Source: Candidatus Magasanikbacteria bacterium RIFOXYC2_FULL_42_28 (GTDB lineage Bacteria; Patescibacteriota; Patescibacteriia; Magasanikbacterales; GWA2-37-8). From it: a DNA stretch of 64,000 nt. Below are positions 50,472-59,158 of this stretch, piece after piece. Location of the stretch: NCBI GenBank assembly GCA_001784435.1, contig MFQZ01000003.1, forward strand, positions 3,022 to 67,021, read 5' to 3'. The notes below the pieces were generated by a model that did no database searches, was not told the DNA's origin, and saw nothing but the letters and a program-made list of their open reading frames with translations. The translations under genes and the position numbers were made by a program. Each line of letters starts with the position of its first letter. Positions within the stretch are counted from its first letter, which is position 1.

Positions 50472-50705
50472 CCTACAAATATACAAAATAACTTCTGTAA
50501 CACCGCCCCTTGAATACTCTTGGGGTTGAATCGAATTTGGAAACTTTATTTCCCTACTATTTTGTACCGAGTATCTTCATTTTTAGGGTATACCGGTAGC
50601 ACACTAACTGGCAACATATCGCCAATTATTCCGGCCGATCGGTGTATCCAGAGTTCAACCGCCCAAAGCCGTAGCCGTGGACTGTTTCGTTTACTATCCG
50701 GATAT

Positions 50706-50751
50706 AGTATACCACAAAAAGGAAGAGCGCGCACCGAGAACCGATGCGCGC
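50706..50751 (-). promoter_or_regulatory. GC-rich hairpin after the target, followed by an extended -10 (TGgTATACT) that may drive the TR RNA
   Basis: Minus strand GCGCGCATCG-GTTCT-CGGTGCGCGC-TCTTCCTTTTT then TGTGGTATACT. Confidence 0.55.
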
Positions 50752-50820
50752 GCGAGGTGAAACGAAGGGACCGAGCGACCAAGGAACAAACAAAGTTCCA
50801 AGGCACCCAGGATCCCAGCG

Positions 50821-51399
50821 CTACTCGCTGAGGAAGCCGAACAGGAAGCGCCGACGCCAGCGGCCCTTGACCGTGTCGAGGTACAGGCCGCGCCAGTCGG
50901 AATCGCCGTAGAGGTAGAGCACGCTGCCGTCCCGCGCGGAGCCGAGCTCCACGATCGGTGCGTTCCTCTGCTCATCGGGGTGTTGCACCCCGATGGCCAA
51001 GAGGTGCTTGGGCAGGATGGGCGGCTTGGCGTTCTCCTTCCCCCAAGCCAGCATCTCCTCGCGGAACGGATCCCTGTCAAACTGCACCAAGATCACGCTC
51101 GCCGGCTTGGCGAGGCCAACTTCATCATTCGCAAACTGCCGAACGATGTTGTCGTCGGTGCCGTCGTACTTGCCGATCTTGATTGCCTCGGCAACCGACG
51201 ACACCTTGTACGGCTGGAGGACGAGCGTCCTCACAACCGTACCGATGAGCGGCGACGGCGGGGTGAGAGCCGGCCGTGTGACATCTTCCACGACGAGCTT
51301 GCGCTCACCGCGAAAAATGGCGCGGGCTACATCTGCGCCTCCCAACATGTTGAGGAGCGCTTCAGTTTCGCCCCTCCTCCAATCATCATACTTTCCCAT
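50821..51399 (-). CDS. DGR target protein (192 aa) with a C-terminal variable region
   Basis: AAGGAG RBS before ATG 51399 (MGKYDDW...); VR encodes the last ~40 aa; no signal peptide or TM helix seen. Confidence 0.9.
   Translation of the reverse strand: MGKYDDWRRGETEALLNMLGGADVARAIFRGERKLVVEDVTRPALTPPSPLIGTVVRTLVLQPYKVSSVAEAIKIGKYDGTDDNIVRQFANDEVGLAKPASVILVQFDRDPFREEMLAWGKENAKPPILPKHLLAIGVQHPDEQRNAPIVELGSARDGSVLYLYGDSDWRGLYLDTVKGRWRRRFLFGFLSE
50827..50944 (-). repeat. DGR variable repeat (VR), 118 bp
   Basis: 14 mismatches to TR, all at TR adenines (8 to G, 3 to T, 3 to C). Confidence 0.95.
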
Positions 51400-51580
51400 G
51401 ACGAGCTCCTTCCGAGTTGAAAACCCGAAAAGTGTTTTGCCTCTGCCCGAGGCCCAGGTCTCTCTCTGCATGAGAAGAGCTTTTGTGCCACTTACAAATA
51501 AATATAGGTAAACCATATTTACTCCTTGGTTCGAAAATGGAACGAAAGCACGGCTCATGATTGTTTAATTTTAACACTAA

Positions 51581-51609
51581 ATCATACCTTAAAATAATGA
51601 TTTTGTCAA
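51581..51609 (-). promoter_or_regulatory. Sigma70 promoter of the DGR target gene
   Basis: TTGACA-17 bp-TATGAT; implies a ~175-nt leader. Confidence 0.65.
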
Positions 51610-51637
51610 TGTTTGTGTACCACGACCTCTTCATCAC

Positions 51638-51695
51638 TTGACATATTTTGATATTTAGTGTAAAATATATACATAAAGTCATTAAATCTTATGAC
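51638..51695 (+). promoter_or_regulatory. abiE promoter with an inverted-repeat operator
   Basis: TTGACA-17-TAAAAT followed by GTCAT-N8-ATGAC (51678-51695). Confidence 0.6.
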
Positions 51696-51704
51696 CTACG
51701 CTAT

Positions 51705-52490
51705 ATGAAACAAACTATACTTTCTGCTAAACAAAGCGAACTGCTCGAAAATCTGATTGGTGAATATGGCTTGATTGTCACTTCTGGTCAGATTATTAAG
51801 ATTGCTAAAAATAACTGGGATTACAAACAAGCCAAAAATCTAATAACAAAACTTGTCAAAGACGGCTGGCTCATCCGTATCAAACGAGGTCTGTATACTA
51901 TTTCCGAATTAACCGGCCGAGGATTTTTGTCGCTCTCATCCTATACGGTGGCCAATCTCTTGGTCAAGGATTCATACGTTTCTTTTGCATCCGCATTGCA
52001 ATATCATAATATGTTTGATCAGCTCATGAAAAAAACTACCTCTGTCAGTTTAAAAATGTACAAAACTACCACACTTAATAACATGGAATATGATTTTGTA
52101 AAAACCAAAAAACAATTATTTTTTGGTTTTGAAGAGATCGTGTTTTATAATAAAACAGTACGAATTGCCACAGCGGAAAAAGCGCTAATTGATATGGTCC
52201 ATTTTCACAAAAGTAAATTGATGATTGATGTGGTGATTGAAAAAATTATTAATCACAAACACGATCTGGATTTTAATCGTTTTAACGAATACCTATCTAA
52301 ATTTTCCGGCACTACCATTAAAATATTTGGCCTTATTTTTGATTTTCTAAATATTGATTCCAGTAAATTATACAAAATTGTGAAACATAAGCGCGGCACT
52401 AACTGGATGTTAGTCGGCGACAAAAAATTCGATGCCAAATGGAGAATATACTATGACGAATTCTTTGATCAATATAATGAAAAAACTTAA
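51705..52490 (+). CDS. Type IV TA antitoxin, AbiEi-like
   Basis: LVKDGWLIRIKRGLY; SYVSFASALQYH; ATAEKALID. Confidence 0.88.
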   Translation: MKQTILSAKQSELLENLIGEYGLIVTSGQIIKIAKNNWDYKQAKNLITKLVKDGWLIRIKRGLYTISELTGRGFLSLSSYTVANLLVKDSYVSFASALQYHNMFDQLMKKTTSVSLKMYKTTTLNNMEYDFVKTKKQLFFGFEEIVFYNKTVRIATAEKALIDMVHFHKSKLMIDVVIEKIINHKHDLDFNRFNEYLSKFSGTTIKIFGLIFDFLNIDSSKLYKIVKHKRGTNWMLVGDKKFDAKWRIYYDEFFDQYNEKT

Positions 52491-52500
52491 TTTTTAAAAT

Positions 52501-53259
52501 ATGATTACTCGCCAACAATTAGAAATTATTAACCGAAAAACTTTGAAATATCCTTTGCATATTGCGGAAAAAGATTATTTTCTCACATTGGTTCTCCAAA
52601 TTATTACCCAATCCACCCTCCAAGATACTCTTATTTTCAAAGGTGGTACCGCTCTACACCATACCTACTTGGAACAACATCGTTTTTCCGAGGACTTGGA
52701 TTTTTCCGCCAACCAAAAACCGGTAGAATTGGAAGAATTGCGAAATATTTTTAGTGGTATTGACTATTTGAATATTAAAAAAGATTATCTCTCTGGCGCG
52801 ACTGTAAAAATTGAAAAATTGCAATACACCGGCCCTTTAATTCAGCCCAATTCTTTGAAAGTGGAAATAGATTTTTTGCAAAATGTTTTGCTTCCTCCTC
52901 AAACCCTAAAATACAACAACGTCTGGAATATAGATTTTGAGGTAAAGGTAATGAACATCAAGGAAATCTGCGCTGAAAAAATTCGCGCCACGAACGATCG
53001 CGCTCGTTATCGCGATTTTTATGATTTATTTCTTATTTTAGAAAAATATCAACTTGATTTAAACGAAATCGCCAGATATATAAAACAAAAAGAAATTAGA
53101 AAGCCGTTGACAAAAAACAACATAAAAAATAACTGGGCAATGATTGGTGCACAAAAAGAAATTGAAATGAGCCAAATATATTATTCTCGAATGATTGAGG
53201 ATGGGGAGATAATGGCCATGATTGAAACTCTGCCATTTACCAAGATTACAAAAATATAA
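52501..53259 (+). CDS. Type IV TA toxin, AbiEii nucleotidyltransferase
   Basis: AEKDY, IFKGGTAL, RFSEDLDF, AEKIRA...RYRDFYDL. Confidence 0.92.
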   Translation: MITRQQLEIINRKTLKYPLHIAEKDYFLTLVLQIITQSTLQDTLIFKGGTALHHTYLEQHRFSEDLDFSANQKPVELEELRNIFSGIDYLNIKKDYLSGATVKIEKLQYTGPLIQPNSLKVEIDFLQNVLLPPQTLKYNNVWNIDFEVKVMNIKEICAEKIRATNDRARYRDFYDLFLILEKYQLDLNEIARYIKQKEIRKPLTKNNIKNNWAMIGAQKEIEMSQIYYSRMIEDGEIMAMIETLPFTKITKI

Positions 53260-53301
53260 TAGTTTGACCAACGCCCGCAATTATACTACAATACAGTCAC
53301 T

Positions 53302-54339
53302 ATGGAAGAAGAAAATCAAAGTGAAGACGAGCGTTTAACCGCGCCTGACGAAAATCCGGAAGAAGCGGTGTTTGACAACACCTTGCGCCCCAAGCAATTG
53401 GGCGATTTTGTCGGCCAAAATCAGATTAAACAAAATTTAATGATTGCGATTGAGGCGGCCAAACAGCGCGGGGATTCTTTGGAGCATATTATGTTGTATG
53501 GCAACCCCGGCCTTGGCAAAACCACGCTCGCGCATATCATTGCCAAAGAAATGGGGGCAAATATTCGTGTCGCCGCCGGCCCGACTCTGGAAAAAGTTGG
53601 TGATCTCGCCGCGATTTTATCAAATTTACAAAAAGGCGATGTTTTGTTTATCGACGAAATTCATCGCTTGAATAAAACTATTGCCGAAGTACTATATCCG
53701 GCACTGGAAGATTTTGCTTTAGATATTATTATCGGCCAAGGTCCGGCCGCGCGCACTTTGCGGATGCCGATTGCGCCGTTTACTATGATTGGCGCTACCA
53801 CAAAATTAAGTTTATTACCTGGACCATTACGCGATCGTTTTGGTCACGTGTTTCACTTGAATTTTTACGAGCCCGAAGATATTAAAAAAATCGTTCACCG
53901 CAATGCCGGTATTTTAAATATGTCAGTAGAACAACCAGCGACGGATTTAATTTCTGCTCGCGCGCGCCGAACACCACGCATAGCAAACCGATTATTAAAA
54001 CGCGTGCGTGATTTCGCGCAAGTTCATTTTAGCAGCAAACCGGTGAATCACAATATTGCCAAATCCGCGATGGATGTTTTGGCAATTGATGAATTTGGCT
54101 TAGACGATGTTGACCGCGCCCTACTCACACTTTTAATTGAAAAATTTAATGGCGGGCCAACCGGATTAAATACTTTGGCCGCCGCGATTTCCGAAGAAAT
54201 GGATACAATCGAAACTGTCTACGAACCGTTTTTATTACAAATCGGATTTTTAGAACGCACGCCACGCGGACGACGGGCTACTAAGGCGGCGTATGATCAT
54301 TTAGGATTTAAATATTTGGAGAATTCAACATTATTGTAA
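53302..54339 (+). CDS. ruvB: Holliday junction branch migration helicase RuvB
   Basis: LRP, GNPGLGKTT, FIDEIHRL, LRDRFG, RTPRGR. Confidence 0.97.
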   Translation: MEEENQSEDERLTAPDENPEEAVFDNTLRPKQLGDFVGQNQIKQNLMIAIEAAKQRGDSLEHIMLYGNPGLGKTTLAHIIAKEMGANIRVAAGPTLEKVGDLAAILSNLQKGDVLFIDEIHRLNKTIAEVLYPALEDFALDIIIGQGPAARTLRMPIAPFTMIGATTKLSLLPGPLRDRFGHVFHLNFYEPEDIKKIVHRNAGILNMSVEQPATDLISARARRTPRIANRLLKRVRDFAQVHFSSKPVNHNIAKSAMDVLAIDEFGLDDVDRALLTLLIEKFNGGPTGLNTLAAAISEEMDTIETVYEPFLLQIGFLERTPRGRRATKAAYDHLGFKYLENSTLL

Positions 54340-54390
54340 AAATATATTACCAAGTGATTAACATTAATTAATAATTCTTGAAAAACCACT

Positions 54391-55146
54391 ATGCCCAACC
54401 ATACCAATCTAGACAAAATGGGTACAGAATTAGGAACAGTAGATTTTTCTGTTGACGATCACGATGATAACCAGACCAAACAAGTAGACCTCGGCGACAT
54501 TGGAGACATAAGTACAGTTGAGTTAAATCTACCACACACACAACCATTATCTGAACAAGAAGAACGACGCATAGTAGACGTTGATTTCATTTTTGAACAC
54601 CAGGGGAAAAAATGGAAAGGAAACATACGGTACGAAAGACAAAGATGGGAAGACGGAATTATATTGGACTTCACTATTGATACTTTAACAAATGAGCGGG
54701 CTTTGTGTTTTCAAACATCGATCTTACCGGAAGGGGCAATAAAATCAAGTACAAGACAGAACAGTACACAATATAAACATCTACTGCCTATTTCACGATT
54801 TGTCGCCCCCGAATACCGCCACCAAGGTTTAGGTGAACTAGGATTCAAATATATAGAAAAAACTGTTAAACGGCTCGGCGAGCTACACCCCGATTTTAAA
54901 GTAGGGGCTATCGATCTTGATACATCACTTGCGTCTGTTGCCAAATTACTTTTGAGCCCGAATTTTTTAAGAAAAAACGGCTTTGAAAAATTTGCCAATG
55001 AACACCGAGATATGGGATACGTGCTTGGTGATGAAGAAAATATTGAAAATCTAAAAGCTGTTTTGGAGGAGGGTGTGGAGGCGTTTGCTGACCGCAAAGG
55101 ACAAAAAAGTGCGGCATACGTACACTTAGTTAAAAAAATATTATGA
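54391..55146 (+). CDS. Hypothetical protein with a GNAT-like acetyl-CoA motif
   Basis: FVAPEYRHQGLG. Confidence 0.55.
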   Translation: MPNHTNLDKMGTELGTVDFSVDDHDDNQTKQVDLGDIGDISTVELNLPHTQPLSEQEERRIVDVDFIFEHQGKKWKGNIRYERQRWEDGIILDFTIDTLTNERALCFQTSILPEGAIKSSTRQNSTQYKHLLPISRFVAPEYRHQGLGELGFKYIEKTVKRLGELHPDFKVGAIDLDTSLASVAKLLLSPNFLRKNGFEKFANEHRDMGYVLGDEENIENLKAVLEEGVEAFADRKGQKSAAYVHLVKKIL

Positions 55147-55406
55147 TCACCGCCCCACTCTATTCACTATTACTTATATATTTAGCATTTTTAATTTTAT
55201 TTGCCATTTTATCAATCGTCAATCTCTCTCATTTGGCACACACCGGCGCCCTAACTTTTGTAAGTTTTATGGTGACGGCCATCATGGGGATAGTGGTGAT
55301 ATTAATTTTTTTCGGCACTTGGTTTTTACTAAAAGATATTGATTGGCAAACTCCACTGACAATTTGGAACAGTGGTTGGTTTGGCGCGACTACCGATGTA
55401 TATTAA
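55143..55406 (+). CDS. Small two-TM membrane protein
   Basis: Two hydrophobic helices; overlaps the upstream stop. Confidence 0.7.
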   Translation: MITAPLYSLLLIYLAFLILFAILSIVNLSHLAHTGALTFVSFMVTAIMGIVVILIFFGTWFLLKDIDWQTPLTIWNSGWFGATTDVY

Positions 55407-55410
55407 CCAT

Positions 55411-55953
55411 ATGAACCTACGCAGTTTTATCCATCAAAAATCTTACGAAAAAATTGTTCGCACGGTGCGTCGGCATCCGCTTACTTTTGTGCCGTATATT
55501 TTAACTTTTGCCGTGCTCGCCAGTGTCCCAATAATTGTTTGGTGGCTTTTAAATAACGCTTTTTCCGCTATTGCCGGCAATCAAACTATTTACATTTTGG
55601 CGGTGCTGTTCGGTAGTATGTATTATTTGTCATTATGTTTATTTTTCTATTCCTATTTTACGACGTTTTATTTGGATATGTGGATTATAACCAACGACCG
55701 CTTTATTGATGTGCGTCAAATCAGTTTGTTCGCCCGTTCGGTATCGGAAACGGATTTATACCAAATTCAAGATGTTACTTCCGAAGTCATCGGCCTGTTC
55801 GCCACTATTTTTCACTACGGTGATATCACTATTCAAACCGCGAGCGCCGTGCCCAAATTTATTATCCGCGATGCCAAAAATCCCCACGAGTTGCGCCAAC
55901 TGATTTTGGATTTGGCGACGGAGGATAAAAAGTTTCATAATCAAACTACTTAA
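55411..55953 (+). CDS. Membrane protein with a bacterial PH domain
   Basis: WIITNDRFIDVRQ...IQDVT...YGDITIQTA. Confidence 0.8.
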   Translation: MNLRSFIHQKSYEKIVRTVRRHPLTFVPYILTFAVLASVPIIVWWLLNNAFSAIAGNQTIYILAVLFGSMYYLSLCLFFYSYFTTFYLDMWIITNDRFIDVRQISLFARSVSETDLYQIQDVTSEVIGLFATIFHYGDITIQTASAVPKFIIRDAKNPHELRQLILDLATEDKKFHNQTT

Positions 55954-56010
55954 AACACAAATACAAAAAAATCCTAAACAAAATCTGGATATTTTTTAAT
56001 ATCTAATTTT

Positions 56011-56412
56011 TTACTCCTGACCCCACAACAAATAAAAACGCTTTCTAAAAGAATCAGCAACTTTTTTATCACTTAATTTAATGAAAGTCCTATCATCAGG
56101 CAAACTAATCAAAATTTTATTTTCATATATCAAAAAAACTGCTGGCGTCGTAACACTGTCTTTAAAATACTTAACCTGTGTGTGGTTAATATATCTTAAA
56201 CGCTCGCCAATATCCTGAGCAATATTATGTAAAAATATTTTAGCTTTAATTCCCTTCTCTGCTCTTTTTTTATGAAAATTTACAATAAATTTTGAAAATT
56301 CTAAATCAAAATTAAAAATCCCCATTACCAAAAGCTCATCACCGTATTTTAAAATTTCCAAAATATTACCAAAGGCCTTTTCAAACCCTTCAGATCCGCT
56401 ATAGATAACAAT
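56011..56412 (-). pseudogene. TrmB-family regulator, C-terminal half only (HTH missing)
   Basis: Reads IVIYSGSEGFEKAFGNILE...FLIYENKILI...FYLLW; no N-terminal HTH. Confidence 0.7.
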
Positions 56413-57939
56413 GAAATAGATGGCGCTTTTATCATCGCAACTTTAGCCATGCAATTAAACGCTGTTGATCATTTAGATTTGAAAACATTACTGCTGGGTC
56501 ACCGTGAAGGATTGGGATTGGTAGTAAATAAAAATATTGTCAAAAGTGCTGACTTGGTCGGTAAAACAATCGCTGTCCCGCACGAATTGTCTACTCATCA
56601 CATTTTGCTAAAAAAATTCCTGGCAAAAGAGGGTTTAAACAGCACACAGGTCAAAATCAAACAAGTTGACCCGCCAGATTTTGTTAGACAGTTGTCAAAA
56701 AAACAAATTGATGGTTATTTTGGTTCCGAACCATTTGGTTCTCAAGCCGAAGAACAATTTATCGGCAAAATTTTTAAACTTTCTAAAGACATTCAAAAAA
56801 ACCACATTGACTGCGTGCTGGCGATTGACAACGAGTGGGTAAAAAATAACGAAACGGCTACGCAGGAATTTGTTCAAAGTTTGGTAAAAGCCGGCCAATT
56901 AATCCACAACAAACCAATTAAGGCCAGCGAAATTGGCGCAAAATTTTTAAACCAATCCCAAAAGGTTATTTACAATGTATTGGCGCCTAAAAAAAGTCAT
57001 TTGACTGCCTGGGATTTGGCGCCTATTTCAGACGAATTTGTCGAACTGCAATCTTGGGGTAAAAAATTACATATTTTAAAATCAGTAATTGACATTGATT
57101 CCTTTGTAGAACCAAAATTTGCTAAAATAGCTTACACTGAATTAGCTGAAAAAAAAGCAACCAAAAAAAATACAATAGAAATATTAAAAAAAGTTTTCTA
57201 TCCGACAGCGTCGTTTGTATTTATCTTTGGCTTATGGGAAATATTGTCCCGTCTGGGCGTTTTTGCAAACAACATTATGCCCGCTCCCTCGGAAATTTGG
57301 GTAGCACTGAAAGATGTGGCACGTTCTGGGGTTTTAGCGCAAAATGCTTGGGCCAGTTTGTATAGAGTTTTTGCCGGATTTTTGATAGCGACCACATTGG
57401 CCATTCCGATGGGCCTTATTATTGGCAGTAAAAAATATTTACACACCACTTTTAACCCACTGATTCAAATCATCCGTACAATTTCTCCAATTTCATGGAT
57501 ACCGCTCGCGATCTTATGGTTCGGCATTGGCAACCAGCCAGCTATTTTTATCATATTTATTACTGCATTTTTTCCAATTCTGTTGTCCACAATGTTGGCG
57601 GTAAAAAACGTTGATCCAATATTAATAAAAGTAGCAGAAAACTTTGGCGCGACCGGTAATAAATTACTATTTAAAATAATCCTGCCTGCCATATTCCCTT
57701 ATATCATTATTGGGCTGCGCGTAAGTTTGGGGATTGCTTGGGTGATAGTGGTGGCGGCCGAAATGGTCGGCATGACTTCTGGGTTAGGGTATATGATTTT
57801 AGACGCCAGAAATTTTTTACGCACCGATTTAATTATTGCCGGCATGTTAGTGATTGGTCTAATCGGTTTTGCATTAGATTCTATGCTGGAATACTTTGAA
57901 AAACGTGCCAAAGCCGCTTGGGGACTTAAACAACAATAA
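56401..57939 (+). pseudogene. Nitrate/sulfonate ABC substrate-binding + permease fusion, N-terminally truncated
   Basis: Frame starts mid-domain (IDNNEIDGAFIIATLAMQL); SsuC-like permease follows (ISPISWIPLAILWFG, VAAEM). Confidence 0.7.
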
Positions 57940-57941
57940 AT

Positions 57942-58694
57942 ATGTCACTGATCCAAATACAAAACGTCAATAAACTTTATACCGGTGCCATCAAACAAGA
58001 CGAAAATTACGCGCTGGATATGGTTAACTTTGATATTAAACCGGGAGAATTTTTTTGCGTGCTTGGTCCTTCGGGTTGTGGCAAAACCACTCTACTCAAT
58101 ATCATGGCCGGATTTGAGAAACCAACTAATGGCAAAATTATTATCAACGGCTCCGAGGTTACTGGCCCATCCCCTAAAAATATCGTAGTATTTCAAGAAT
58201 ATGGCCTATTCCCTTGGAAAACAGTAGAAAAAAATATTGAATTTCCTTTAAATTTAAATAAAACAAATGAAGAAACCAAAAGTAAAATCATCAAAGAAAT
58301 TTTAGAATTGGTAAATTTAAGCGACTTTGCTAATAAAACACCAGCAGAATTATCAGGTGGTATGAAACAAAGGGTGGCTTTGGCGCGCGCGTTAGTGGTC
58401 CAACCAGAAATACTGTTTATGGATGAGCCCTTTGCTGCGCTGGACGAAATGACTAGAATAAAATTAGAACGAGAATTGCTAAAAATCTGGAAAGGAAGAA
58501 AAATAACAGTGGTGTTTGTTACCCACAACATAGACAGTGCTATTACTCTTGGCGACAGAATAGCAGTGATGACTCCTTGCCCCGGGAAAATCAAAAATAT
58601 CCTTGATGTTAATCTTAAACGCCCTCGGGATATTACTTCCAATGAATTTGAAAATCTCAAAAAAGAAATTTTGGTAGAATTTGATATCCAATAA
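57942..58694 (+). CDS. Nitrate/sulfonate ABC transporter ATP-binding protein
   Basis: GPSGCGKTT, LSGGMKQR, MDEPFAALD. Confidence 0.92.
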   Translation: MSLIQIQNVNKLYTGAIKQDENYALDMVNFDIKPGEFFCVLGPSGCGKTTLLNIMAGFEKPTNGKIIINGSEVTGPSPKNIVVFQEYGLFPWKTVEKNIEFPLNLNKTNEETKSKIIKEILELVNLSDFANKTPAELSGGMKQRVALARALVVQPEILFMDEPFAALDEMTRIKLERELLKIWKGRKITVVFVTHNIDSAITLGDRIAVMTPCPGKIKNILDVNLKRPRDITSNEFENLKKEILVEFDIQ

Positions 58695-58754
58695 ATATTT
58701 AAATATCATCCAAATTAAAAATACCCCGAGCGGGATATTTTTTTGTTTTTAAAC

Positions 58755-59111
58755 TTATACCAATCCAACCGCCGGCAAAACTTTTTTTAGCTTGTCAAAA
58801 TTATCATTATGTCGTTTAACATCGCGCGCCATAAAGGTAATTTCTTCATCTTTCTTTCGATAATAACCGGCAATTTCATCAAATGTCTTCATTACTTTTG
58901 AAAAATCACTTTTGGTCATCATGTTTTGTTCAATCCGATCAAGTCGTTCAGTGTGATCAACAACAGTACGAGCAATGATATCTAATTGGCAGTCATGATC
59001 GTCCAACCGCTTATTCATCGCCTCAAATTGGGCATCGTGCTCAATTAATTTTTTATTCAACACCACAAATTGGGCATCGTGCTCCGTAAGTTTTTCCATT
59101 ACTTCATCCAT
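58755..59111 (-). CDS. Coiled-coil hypothetical protein with an internal EHDAQF repeat
   Basis: Heptad pattern; AAATTGGGCATCGTGCTC occurs twice. Confidence 0.7.
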   Translation of the reverse strand: MDEVMEKLTEHDAQFVVLNKKLIEHDAQFEAMNKRLDDHDCQLDIIARTVVDHTERLDRIEQNMMTKSDFSKVMKTFDEIAGYYRKKDEEITFMARDVKRHNDNFDKLKKVLPAVGLV

Positions 59112-59158
59112 AAAAAATTTTTAGACACTTTAATTATACGCCCTTAACAATCGCCCTG

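Larger units (their letters stand above)
48938..51609. mobile_element. Diversity-generating retroelement (target-VR, TR, avd, RT)
   Basis: All four components lie within 2.7 kb; TR/VR mismatches are adenine-specific. Confidence 0.95.

Noticed and set aside
50294-50831. ORFs 50294-50491, 50520-50831 and 50546-50806 over the TR region
   Set aside because: They are antisense or shadow frames of TR and its leader, with no convincing start signals or recognisable protein features.
51400-51558. Longer N-terminus for the DGR target (245 aa), or a c-di-GMP riboswitch in this leader
   Set aside because: A strong AAGGAG RBS and the GC shift support ATG 51399. The GGCAAAAC-like stretch lacks the rest of the GEMM consensus.
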